Positions 48,198 to 57,102 of a DNA stretch of 64,000 bases are shown here, in pieces. Position 1 is the stretch's first letter. The number at the start of each line of letters is the position of its first letter. The translations under genes and the position numbers were made by a program. The DNA is from an uncultured Chryseobacterium sp. (GTDB lineage: Bacteria > Bacteroidota > Bacteroidia > Flavobacteriales_F > PHOS-HE28). Where the stretch lies: NCBI GenBank assembly GCA_964464935.1, contig CAYXKE010000001.1, positions 78,059 through 142,058 on the forward strand, read 5' to 3'. The notes beneath the pieces are model-generated. The model was not told the DNA's origin. It saw nothing but the letters and a program-made list of their open reading frames with translations, and made no database searches.

Positions 48198-49427
48198 CTA
48201 CGCCAGGAGAAAGCGTTTCTGCAACGCCCGCAGCGGCACCCCGATGGCCAGGGCGCCGATGGCCATGACCGTTGCGGCGATGATCAGCAGGTCCAGCGGC
48301 TGCACCACCACGGGGTAGTGCTCCACCACCGAGCCTTGCAGCTTCAGCAGGCCGAACTGTTGCTGTGCCACACAGAGCAGCAGCCCCAGCACCATGCCGA
48401 TGACCATGCCGGTGGCCACGATGAGCAAGCCCTCGTTGCGGAAGATCCGGCGCACGAGGTCGGGGGGCGCCCCCATGGCCGTGAGCGTGCGCATGTCGTT
48501 GCGCTTCTCGATCATGAGCATGGTGAGCGAGGCGATGATGTTGAAGGCGCCGATGAAGCCGATGAAGACCAGCACGAGGAACACGAAGCGCTTCTCCATC
48601 CGATTGGTCTCGTACATCAATGCGTTCTTCTGGTGGCGCGTGCGGACCACCAGTTCGGGGCCGAGCATGGCGCGCAGATCGGCGGCCACGCGGTCCATGG
48701 ACGTGCCGGGCATGAGCTGCACCTCCAGCGCGCTCACCACCGTGTCATAGCGGAACAGCGCGCGGGCCAGCTCGATGTCCGCGATCACGTACTTCATGTC
48801 GTACTCGGCGTTCATGCTGAAGAAGCCGCTCATGGCCACCTCCACATGCTCGAACGCCCGCTGCTGCATGGTGCCCAGCTTGCGCCCACGGATGGGGGCG
48901 CTGATGGTGAGGGGCCGCAGCACGCCATCGTCCATCGGCACACCGAGGTCCACCTTCAGGCCCACGCCCAGCAGCACGGTGCTGCCGTTGCGGCTGTGCA
49001 ATTGGCCCCGCCCGGCGAAGAGGTGCCGGGCCATGTCGCACATCTCCAGGTAGTGCGGCTGCACGCCTTTGAGGGTGGCCACGGCCTGCTGGCCGCCGTT
49101 GCGCAGCAGCACGTTCTCCTCGATGACCCAGCTCATGCGCCGCACGCCGGGCAGGCCGGCCAGGGCGGTGGTGTCCACCGCGCGCTGCGGAAAGGTGCGC
49201 CCCTGGGCCGGCGTGATGGTGATGTCCTGGTCCAGCGGGCTGTACATGCTGTCCACCAGCCCGGCGATGCCGTTGAAGGTGCTGAGCACCACCACCATGG
49301 CCGCCGTCACCACGGCGATCACCCCGATGCTGATGCCGGTGATGATGTTGATGGCATTGGTGCTCCGACCCGCCGCCGTGCGGGAGGCGAACAGATAGCG
49401 GCGGGCGAAGAACAGGGGAAGACGCAT
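48198..49427 (-). CDS. ABC transporter permease, FtsX/LolC-LolE family
   Basis: The N-terminus is FFARRYLF. There are 4 TM helices with a large periplasmic loop and a C-terminal FtsX domain. Confidence 0.7.
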   Translation of the reverse strand: MRLPLFFARRYLFASRTAAGRSTNAINIITGISIGVIAVVTAAMVVVLSTFNGIAGLVDSMYSPLDQDITITPAQGRTFPQRAVDTTALAGLPGVRRMSWVIEENVLLRNGGQQAVATLKGVQPHYLEMCDMARHLFAGRGQLHSRNGSTVLLGVGLKVDLGVPMDDGVLRPLTISAPIRGRKLGTMQQRAFEHVEVAMSGFFSMNAEYDMKYVIADIELARALFRYDTVVSALEVQLMPGTSMDRVAADLRAMLGPELVVRTRHQKNALMYETNRMEKRFVFLVLVFIGFIGAFNIIASLTMLMIEKRNDMRTLTAMGAPPDLVRRIFRNEGLLIVATGMVIGMVLGLLLCVAQQQFGLLKLQGSVVEHYPVVVQPLDLLIIAATVMAIGALAIGVPLRALQKRFLLA

Positions 49428-49470
49428 GCCGGTGCGAAGGTGCACGATCGGCGGGGATCGGCCTCCGGCC

Positions 49471-50289
49471 CTACCGCCACGCCTTCACGATCAACCCCGT
49501 GCCGGTGCGGTGGACCATGCGCACGTCGAGCATGTTCAGCACGAAGGCGATGGGATAGGCGACCAGGTAGTAGAACGGCAGCACGATGAAGAACAGCCGG
49601 GAGGCGTTCAGCATCAAGAGCGGCCACTTCATGCTGAGCTTCCAGCTGATCTTGCCGGGCGCGCCGTAGCTGTAGCGCGCCTCCACCCGGCTGAAGCCGT
49701 TGCGCAGGCACTTGGCCTGGATGTCGTCGATGTTGTAGCCGTCGCGCACGTGCTCCTCGATGAAGGAGCCATCGCCCTCCTCGTGCACATCGCTGCCGCC
49801 CTGGTCGCTGGGGGTGCTGATGATGAGCATGCCACCGGCCTTGAGCGAGGTGCTGTAACAGCGCAGCGCGGCCTCGTCCTCCACGATGTGCTCCATCACA
49901 TCCACACACACCACCAGGTCGAAGGTGTCGGGGCGCTGGAACCGGGTCACGTCGCCCACCTCGAACTGCACCTGCGGCCGGCCGATGCGCTGGAAGAATG
50001 CATTGCAGTCGGCCACCTGCTCCTCCTTCACGTCGATGGCGACGATCCGCGCGTCAGGCAATTTCCCGCTGAGCCAATAGCTGTACTGCCCGAACCCGGC
50101 ACCGGCGTCGTAGATGGCCTCCACGGGCGAGCCGGCCTGCCGGCGTTGGGCGATCCAGGTGCGGAGCTCGCGCTGGATGTGCCAGCAGCGCAGCAGCAGC
50201 AGGTCCAGCAGCCGGTAGAAGAGCTTGCGCAGACCCGGCGTGCGGTTGAACACCACACCGAGCCGGCGTTTCACGGGATCGTACTGCAT
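49471..50289 (-). CDS. class I SAM-dependent methyltransferase
   Basis: VEAIYDAGAGFGQYSYWL is the SAM-binding GxGxG motif, and DLVVCVDVMEHI is motif II. Confidence 0.65.
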   Translation of the reverse strand: MQYDPVKRRLGVVFNRTPGLRKLFYRLLDLLLLRCWHIQRELRTWIAQRRQAGSPVEAIYDAGAGFGQYSYWLSGKLPDARIVAIDVKEEQVADCNAFFQRIGRPQVQFEVGDVTRFQRPDTFDLVVCVDVMEHIVEDEAALRCYSTSLKAGGMLIISTPSDQGGSDVHEEGDGSFIEEHVRDGYNIDDIQAKCLRNGFSRVEARYSYGAPGKISWKLSMKWPLLMLNASRLFFIVLPFYYLVAYPIAFVLNMLDVRMVHRTGTGLIVKAWR

Positions 50290-50307
50290 ACCCTTTCAGG
50301 AAATGAT

Positions 50308-50417
50308 GAATGACCAATGGTCAATGAACAACGATGGCGATAGGCGACGGGTGATGATCGGATCGCGCCGGACGCTCCATTGGGCATTCCACATCGATCA
50401 TTCCCTGTTGGTCATTC
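50308..50417. repeat. MITE-like element: perfect 10-bp terminal inverted repeats GAATGACCAA / TTGGTCATTC exactly 100 bp apart, with internal palindrome TGACCAaTGGTCA (50311..50323)
   Basis: Read directly in the sequence. It lies in the rbfA-methyltransferase spacer, and its right end overlaps the rbfA stop codon. Its ends are related to the arms of the ldcA insert at 10123..10189. Confidence 0.55.
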
Positions 50418-50753
50418 TCCTTTGAGCAGCTTGTCGATCTCCTCGGCTCGGTCCAGCGAGTCGTCGATGTAGAAAAGCAGCTCGGGCACCACGCGCAGCT
50501 GCTTGCCTACGCGCTGCCCCAGGAGCCCCCGCAGGCGGTTCGAGTGGTCCTTGATGTGCTCGATCGCGGCCTGCTTGTCCTTCACCGGGAACAGGCTCAG
50601 GTACACCTTGGCGATGCCGAGGTCGGGGCTGATGCGCACGGCGGATACGGTGATGAGGCCGCCGGGCAGCAATGTGCGCGCCTCCTGCTGGAAGATCAGC
50701 GCCAGCTCCTGCTGCAGCAGGCTGTTCACCTTGTTCTGTCGGATGGTGTCCAT
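50412..50753 (-). CDS. rbfA: ribosome-binding factor A
   Basis: RVNSLLQQELALIF....ITVSAVRISPDLGIAKVYLS is RbfA family. The start was chosen at MDTIRQN. Confidence 0.85.
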   Translation of the reverse strand: MDTIRQNKVNSLLQQELALIFQQEARTLLPGGLITVSAVRISPDLGIAKVYLSLFPVKDKQAAIEHIKDHSNRLRGLLGQRVGKQLRVVPELLFYIDDSLDRAEEIDKLLKGE

Positions 50754-50901
50754 GGGATCGCCACGAAGGTACGGGGCCCTGAAGGTTCGGGGCGTGGCCG
50801 GGATGGACACGGGGGCGCCCCTCCGCGCACACCGTCACCCATGCCGCAACGCCCACCGGGCCACTCCGGATGAGCGGCTCCCCTACCTTCGTGCCCGGCC
50901 C

Positions 50902-52722
50902 ATGCGCACCTTCGTCCGCATCCTGCGTTTCGGCGCGCCCTACCGCCACTATGCGGTGTTGAACGCGGTGTTCAACCTGCTGGGCACGGTGTTCCACCTG
51001 CTGTCGCTGCTGCTGTTCATCCCCTTCCTGCGGCTGCTGTTGGGCCAGGTGAAGCCGGTGTATGAACGCCCCGTGGACCTCTGGACGAAGGAGGGCCTCG
51101 AAGGCACCTTCAACTGGGGGCTCACCCGGCTGATCGAGATCCACGGCAGCATGGGCGCCCTGCTGGTGATCTGCATCGCGGTGGTGGTGCTCTTCCTGTT
51201 CAAGAACCTGTTCCGCTACCTGGCCCTGCTGGCCATCACGCAGTTCCGCAACCACATCGTGCGCGACATCCGCCAGCGCATGTACGCCAAGCTGCTGGAG
51301 CTGCCCATGCAGTACCACACGGCCGAGCGCAAGGGTGACATGCTCGCCCTGATGACCAACGACATGCACGTGGTGGAGTTCTCGGTGATGCAGTACATCG
51401 AGATGGTGTTCCGCGAGCCCATCGCCGTGCTGATGTTCCTGGGGACCATGGTGACGCTGAGCCCCGGCCTCACGGCCATCTCACTGGTGATGCTGCCGGT
51501 GAGCGGCCTGCTGATCGGGCGGGTGAGCCGCAGCCTGCGCAAGCGCAGCAACCGCGTGCAGGAGAAGGAGGCCGACCTGCTGGCCCGGCTGGAGGAGACC
51601 CTGGGCGGCATCCGCGTGATCAAGGCCTTCAACGGCGAGGCCAGCATGGAGCGCCGCTTCGCCCGCGAGACCGGCCTGCTCATGCGCGCCCACGTGCACA
51701 TGATGCGCCGCCAGGACCTGGCCTCGCCGCTGAGCGAAACCCTCGGCGCCGCGGTGATGGCCGCCATCGCCTACATCGGGGGCAGCTTCGTGCTGGGCGA
51801 GCACCCCACGTTGAGCGGCGACAGCTTCCTGGGCTTCATCATCATCTTCTCCCAGCTGCTGGCCCCCATCAAGGGCTTCTCACAGGGCTGGAGCGCCATC
51901 ACCCGTGGGGCCGCCAGCGGCCAGCGCATCTTCGACCTGCTCGCCGTGGAAAGCACGGTGAAGGAACGCCCCGACGCCAAGCCGATCGCCGCCTTCAACG
52001 ACCGCATCGAGTTCGACCACGTGTCTTTCGCCTATGGCGACACCCCGGTGCTGCACGACATCCGCATCACCGTGCCGAAGGGGCGCAGCGTGGCCCTGGT
52101 GGGCACCAGTGGCAGCGGCAAGACCACCCTGGCCAACCTGGTGCCGCGTTTCTACGATGTGACCGGCGGAGCGGTGCGCATCGACGGGCACGACATCCGC
52201 GAGCTGCGGATCCGCGACCTGCGCGCGCTGATGGGCATCGTGACGCAGGAGAGCATCCTGTTCAACGACACGGTGGCCAACAACATCGCCTTCGGCACCC
52301 CGGGCATGTCGCCGGCCGACATCGAGCGGGCCGCACGCATCGCCAACGCGCACGACTTCATCATGGCGCTGCCCCAGGGCTACCAGACCAACATCGGCGA
52401 TGGCGGCAACCGTCTCAGCGGGGGCCAGCGCCAGCGCATCTCCATCGCGCGGGCGGTGCTGAAGAACCCGCCCATACTGATCCTGGACGAGGCCACCAGC
52501 GCGCTGGACACCGAGAGCGAGCGCCTGGTGCAGGAGGCCTTGGTGAAGATGCTGGAAGGCCGCACGAGCATTGTGATCGCCCACCGGCTCAGCACCATCC
52601 AACACTGCGACGAGATCTGCGTGATGCAGGAGGGCCGCATCATCGAGCGGGGCACGCACAACGAGCTCCATGCCGCCGGCGGCCAGTACCGCCGTCTGTG
52701 CGACATGCAGGCCTTCGCCTGA
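50902..52722 (+). CDS. ABC transporter ATP-binding/permease protein, MsbA-like exporter
   Basis: The six-TM domain is followed by the NBD. Walker A is GTSGSGKTT, the signature is LSGGQRQR and Walker B is ILILDEATSALD. Confidence 0.85.
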   Translation: MRTFVRILRFGAPYRHYAVLNAVFNLLGTVFHLLSLLLFIPFLRLLLGQVKPVYERPVDLWTKEGLEGTFNWGLTRLIEIHGSMGALLVICIAVVVLFLFKNLFRYLALLAITQFRNHIVRDIRQRMYAKLLELPMQYHTAERKGDMLALMTNDMHVVEFSVMQYIEMVFREPIAVLMFLGTMVTLSPGLTAISLVMLPVSGLLIGRVSRSLRKRSNRVQEKEADLLARLEETLGGIRVIKAFNGEASMERRFARETGLLMRAHVHMMRRQDLASPLSETLGAAVMAAIAYIGGSFVLGEHPTLSGDSFLGFIIIFSQLLAPIKGFSQGWSAITRGAASGQRIFDLLAVESTVKERPDAKPIAAFNDRIEFDHVSFAYGDTPVLHDIRITVPKGRSVALVGTSGSGKTTLANLVPRFYDVTGGAVRIDGHDIRELRIRDLRALMGIVTQESILFNDTVANNIAFGTPGMSPADIERAARIANAHDFIMALPQGYQTNIGDGGNRLSGGQRQRISIARAVLKNPPILILDEATSALDTESERLVQEALVKMLEGRTSIVIAHRLSTIQHCDEICVMQEGRIIERGTHNELHAAGGQYRRLCDMQAFA

Positions 52723-54978
52723 TCAGTTCTTCCGTTTGAACAGCCGGTCGAAGAAGCCTTTGTCCTTCTTCACCTTGCGCAGGGTGTCCACCCCGTTGCG
52801 GCGCGGGCCGAAGATGTCGTCGATGAGCTGCTCCAGTGCGCTGGGCGTGCGCCGCGGCTCGCAGTCCATGTCCACGGCATGGTCGTTCAGCCACGTGAAA
52901 TCGCGCAGGTACTTGCGGCGCAGGGCGGGGTTGGCCTCCACCTCGTGCAGCACCATGCCGGCGATGGGCAGCGCCAGTTGCGATCCGGTGCCGAGGCTGC
53001 TGCTGAAGTGCACGGCGGGGTCGAACGCCCCCACCCACGTGCCGATCACCAGCCCCGGGGTGTAGCCCACGAACCAGGCGTCGGTGTGGTCTTGCGCGGT
53101 GCCGGTCTTGCCGGCCAGGGGGGCCTTGATGCCGAAGCGCGTGCGCAGCGCCGTGCCCGTGCCCTGGTCCACGGCGCGTTGCAGCATGGCCGTTACGGCG
53201 GCCGCGCTCCCGGCGCTGAGGGCGGACGTGGGCCGCGGGTCGGGTGCCGTGTAGAGCACCTGGCCCTGCGCGTCGACGATGCGTTCGATCAGACGCGGTG
53301 TCACGCGGCGGCCGGCCTGCGCGAAGGCACTGTACGCCGGCACCAGCTCCTTCAGGCTGATGCTCGATGCGCCCAGGGCCACGGCGGGTTTGTCCACATC
53401 GCCGGTGGGCAGCCCCAACGCGTCGAAGGTGCGCCGCAGCGTGTCCACGCCCGTGCGGAAGTACAGGTCGACCGTGGGGCGGTTCATGCTCCTGGCGAGG
53501 GCGTGCCATACGGCCACTTCGCCCTCGATCGTGTCGCGGTCGAAGTTGTCGGGTGTCCAGTCATCGTACGCGGCGTAGGTGCGGCGGGCGTTGTCCAGGT
53601 AGTCGCACGGGGTGATGCCCCGTTCCATGGCGGCGGCATAGACCACGGGCTTGATGGTGCTGGCCACCTGCCGGCGTGCGGTCACCAGGTCGTAGGGCAG
53701 GAAGCGGTGATCATTGCCCCCCACCCAGGCGCGCACGGCGCCGGTGGCGGGGTCCATCATCAACACGGCACCGTGCAGCAGGGTGTGATAATGCCACAGG
53801 CTGTCGCGGTAGGTGAGCGTGTCCACCTTGCGGCCGGTGTGGTGGTACACCTCGCGCACCAGCGTGTCGTTGGCGGTCCAGCGGGTGTTCTTCCGGGCGC
53901 GCTTCTCCCAGGTGTTCCGCGCCTTGGACCGGCGGAGTTCAAGGTCCAGCTTGGGTTGCATGGCGGCCAGGTGCGTGCGCACGGCGCGGTGGGCGGCGTG
54001 CTGCAGGGCGGGGTCGAGCGTGGTGGTGATGCGCAGGCCGTCCTTCTCGATGTCGATGCGGTGACCGGTGCGGCGCTCCACGTCCTGCAGAATGGTGCGG
54101 GCCTCGCGCGCCACTTGGGCGGTGAAGTATCCGTGCACGTCCAGTGCGTCCTGACCGGTGTAGCGCAGGGTGAGGGGCAGTGCGCGCAGGCTGTCGAGCT
54201 CGGCCTGGGTGAGGTGTCCGCGTTCATGCATCAGCACCAGCACCTGGTCGCGGCGGGCGCGTGCCTTCTCCGGGTACAGCCGCGGGTTGTAGGTGGTGTT
54301 GGCCTTGAGCATGCCCACCAGCACGGCGGCCTCCTCCACCTTCAGCTGCCGGGTGGGTTTGCCGAAGAAGCGCTGTGCCGCCGCCTCGATGCCGTACACG
54401 TTCTCGCCGAAGGGCACGCTGTTGAAGTAGAGCACGAGCACCTCGTTCTTGTTCAGCACGCGCTCCAGCCGCTGGGCCACGAGGGCCTCCTTCATCTTGT
54501 TCACTGGCACGGTGAGCGGGCCGTGGCGCTGCCGGCCGTACAGGTTCTTGATGATCTGTTGTGAGATGGTGCTGCCTCCCCCGCCGCTGCGGTCCCGGCC
54601 CAGCAGCGTGCGGAAGAACACGCGGACGTAGCTGCGGCCATCGACACCCTGGTGGCTGAAGAAGCGTGCATCCTCGGTGGACACCAGCGCATCGATCAGG
54701 TGGCGCGGCAGGTCGTCGTAGGTGATGTTGGTGCGGTCCTCGGCGAAGACCTTCCCGATGAGGGTGCCGTCGGAGGCCAGTACCAGCGTGGCCTGTTCAT
54801 GGGTGATGGAGGTGAGCTCCTCCTCGCTGGGCAGCCTGCCGAACACGCCGCTGCGCACCAGCTGCATGAAGGCGAAGAAGCTGATGAGCAGCAGGGCCCC
54901 GCCGATCAGCAGCCACTTGGCCCAGGGCTCCGGGGTGCCCCTCCTGCGCTTTCCGCGCTTTGCCGGTCGTTTGGCCAT
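52723..54978 (-). CDS. class A penicillin-binding protein (PBP1A-type transglycosylase/transpeptidase)
   Basis: The GT51 motifs are EDARFFSHQGVD and RQRHGP(L)T. The transpeptidase motifs are STIKP, SMN and KTGT. Confidence 0.85.
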   Translation of the reverse strand: MAKRPAKRGKRRRGTPEPWAKWLLIGGALLLISFFAFMQLVRSGVFGRLPSEEELTSITHEQATLVLASDGTLIGKVFAEDRTNITYDDLPRHLIDALVSTEDARFFSHQGVDGRSYVRVFFRTLLGRDRSGGGGSTISQQIIKNLYGRQRHGPLTVPVNKMKEALVAQRLERVLNKNEVLVLYFNSVPFGENVYGIEAAAQRFFGKPTRQLKVEEAAVLVGMLKANTTYNPRLYPEKARARRDQVLVLMHERGHLTQAELDSLRALPLTLRYTGQDALDVHGYFTAQVAREARTILQDVERRTGHRIDIEKDGLRITTTLDPALQHAAHRAVRTHLAAMQPKLDLELRRSKARNTWEKRARKNTRWTANDTLVREVYHHTGRKVDTLTYRDSLWHYHTLLHGAVLMMDPATGAVRAWVGGNDHRFLPYDLVTARRQVASTIKPVVYAAAMERGITPCDYLDNARRTYAAYDDWTPDNFDRDTIEGEVAVWHALARSMNRPTVDLYFRTGVDTLRRTFDALGLPTGDVDKPAVALGASSISLKELVPAYSAFAQAGRRVTPRLIERIVDAQGQVLYTAPDPRPTSALSAGSAAAVTAMLQRAVDQGTGTALRTRFGIKAPLAGKTGTAQDHTDAWFVGYTPGLVIGTWVGAFDPAVHFSSSLGTGSQLALPIAGMVLHEVEANPALRRKYLRDFTWLNDHAVDMDCEPRRTPSALEQLIDDIFGPRRNGVDTLRKVKKDKGFFDRLFKRKN

Positions 54979-55014
54979 TTCCGTGGAGAACGCAGCAACG
55001 GGTCCGCGTCGGGC

Positions 55015-56241
55015 TCACTCCTCCTCCTCGTAGCTGTCCTTGAAAAGCAGATCGCTCTCGTAGGGATAGCGGGCGATGTGCAGGGCCTTCACGCGGTCGT
55101 ACAGCAGCTTGCGCAGGCCGTCGATGTTGATGCGCTGGGCGGCACTGATGAAGATGCACTCCTCCCCGCTCATGCGCGACATCCAGGTCTCCTTCAACTC
55201 CTCCAGCGTGTACTGGTCCTCGCGCTTGGGCGCCAGGTCATCGGGGTCGTGCGGGGCGGGGCGGTAGGCGTCGATCTTGTTGAAGACCACGATCACGGGC
55301 TTGTCGCCCGCACCGATCTCGTTCAGCGTCTGCTTCACCGTGTGGTACTGCTCCTCGAAGGCGTGGTGGCTGATGTCGACCACGTGCAGCAGGAGGTCGG
55401 CCTCGCGGGTCTCGTCCAGCGTGCTCTTGAAGCTCTCGATCAGCTGGGTGGGCAGCTTGCGGATGAAGCCCACCGTGTCGCTCAGGAGGAAGGGCAGGTT
55501 GCCCAGCACGATCTTGCGCACGGTGGTGTCGAGCGTGGCGAAGAGCTTGTTCTCGGCGAACACGTCGCTCTTGCTGAGCAGGTTCATGAGGGTGCTCTTG
55601 CCCACGTTGGTGTAGCCCACCAGCGCCACGCGCACCAGCTTGCCGCGGTTGCCGCGCTGGGTGGCCATCTGCCTGTCGATCTGCTTTAGTTGCTGCTTGA
55701 GCAGGCTGATGCGGTCGCGCACGATCCGGCGGTCGGTCTCGATCTCCTTCTCACCGGCACCGCCACGGGTCCCGGTGCCACCGCGCTGCCGCTCCAGGTG
55801 GGTCCAGAGCTTGGTGAGGCGGGGCAGCATGTACTCGTACTGGGCCAGCTCCACCTGTGTCTTGGCGTGGGCGGTGCGGGCGCGCTGGGCGAAGATGTCC
55901 AGGATCAGGCGGGGCCGGTCCAGCACGGGCTTGCCCAGTTCCTTCTCCAGGTTGCGCTGCTGGGCGGGCGTGAGCTCGTCATCGAAGATCACGCTCTGCG
56001 CGCCGTGCTCCTCCATCCAGGCCTTCACCTCGGCCAGCTTGCCGCTGCCGATGTAGGTGCGGCCCTCGGGCTTGTGCAGCTTCTGCGTGAAGCGCTTCAA
56101 GGTGGTGATGCCCGCCGTGGTGGCGAGGAACTCCAGCTCGTCCAGGTACTCCTTCACCTGGTCCGCGTTCTGGTCGTCGGTCACCAGACCGATGAGCACC
56201 GCGGTCTCGGCGGGTTTGCTGCTGCCGGGCGCTTCGATCAT
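55015..56241 (-). CDS. hflX: GTPase HflX
   Basis: The HflX N-domain is followed by the G1 motif GYTNVGKST and the DTVGF and NKID motifs. Confidence 0.9.
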   Translation of the reverse strand: MIEAPGSSKPAETAVLIGLVTDDQNADQVKEYLDELEFLATTAGITTLKRFTQKLHKPEGRTYIGSGKLAEVKAWMEEHGAQSVIFDDELTPAQQRNLEKELGKPVLDRPRLILDIFAQRARTAHAKTQVELAQYEYMLPRLTKLWTHLERQRGGTGTRGGAGEKEIETDRRIVRDRISLLKQQLKQIDRQMATQRGNRGKLVRVALVGYTNVGKSTLMNLLSKSDVFAENKLFATLDTTVRKIVLGNLPFLLSDTVGFIRKLPTQLIESFKSTLDETREADLLLHVVDISHHAFEEQYHTVKQTLNEIGAGDKPVIVVFNKIDAYRPAPHDPDDLAPKREDQYTLEELKETWMSRMSGEECIFISAAQRINIDGLRKLLYDRVKALHIARYPYESDLLFKDSYEEEE

Positions 56242-56573
56242 TCAGCTTGCTTCATCGTGCGCACATACTCCACCACGGCGTCGATCTCGGCCGTGCTCAG
56301 GATGTGGCGGAACGGCGTCATGGTGTTGCGGCCGAACTTGACGATGGCCACCATCTCGGGCTTGCTGAGGGTGGACGTCGTGAGGTCCTTCGCGCCGTTG
56401 AGGCCCAGGCGACCATCCTCGCCGTGGCACACCTGGCAATTGGCCACGAACACCTGGCGCCCGTCCGCGGGCGTGGTGTCCGCGGCGGCGGCCGGGGCGT
56501 TGTCCGCCCCACCACAGGCCAGGATCGCCACCGGGGCGATGAGCAAGGGAAGCAGGCGACGGGTCACAGCCAT
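56238..56573 (-). CDS. c-type cytochrome (class I), lipoprotein
   Basis: The lipobox is ILAC and the heme-binding motif is CQVCH. It has a distal Met region and is 111 aa. Confidence 0.7.
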   Translation of the reverse strand: MAVTRRLLPLLIAPVAILACGGADNAPAAAADTTPADGRQVFVANCQVCHGEDGRLGLNGAKDLTTSTLSKPEMVAIVKFGRNTMTPFRHILSTAEIDAVVEYVRTMKQAE

Positions 56574-57007
56574 GAGGTGATGCCGGTGATCTGGCCGAAG
56601 TGCGAGCCCGGCCAGGGGATGGCGATGAGCATGATCAGCAGGGCGATGAGGTAGAACACCGCCACACGACGCTGCTTCAGGCGTTCGTCCTTGGCCTTGG
56701 CCGAGAGGCTGCGGCCCATGGTGAGCAGCACCACCACCAGGATCATCATGGTGGCGTGCTCGAACTTCCAGTAACGACCGGCCGGCACCGAGGCATCGGC
56801 GGCGTACTTGGCGTAGAGGATGTACATGATCACGCCCAGCGCCAGCTGCGTGTGGCTCAGCACCACCGCGAGGATGGCCGCCGTGCGATGGCCGTTGAGG
56901 ATGGGCGTCTTGCGCAGCAGGCCCATCAGGTGGCTGATGCCGGCAAAAGCGACGGTGGCCAGGATGAGGTACCGCAGCAGGCTGTGGGCGAAGGAGAGGA
57001 ATTCCAT
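56564..57007 (-). CDS. small integral membrane protein (4 TM), function unknown
   Basis: There is a hydrophobic helical pattern and GC3 bias. It sits upstream of the cytochrome c gene and hflX on the same strand. Confidence 0.45.
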   Translation of the reverse strand: MEFLSFAHSLLRYLILATVAFAGISHLMGLLRKTPILNGHRTAAILAVVLSHTQLALGVIMYILYAKYAADASVPAGRYWKFEHATMMILVVVLLTMGRSLSAKAKDERLKQRRVAVFYLIALLIMLIAIPWPGSHFGQITGITSWL

Positions 57008-57102
57008 GGGTTGAGGGGAGGTCGATGTAGGGTGCGAAAATAGGGCCCCGGCCATGGCCCCGACGGCCGCATGGAGGCCTTCCCTACATTCGCCTCGAAC
57101 CC

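Noticed and set aside
52879-54564. 561-aa plus-strand ORF inside the PBP gene
   Set aside because: It is antisense to the class A PBP, which has SXXK, SXN and KTG motifs.
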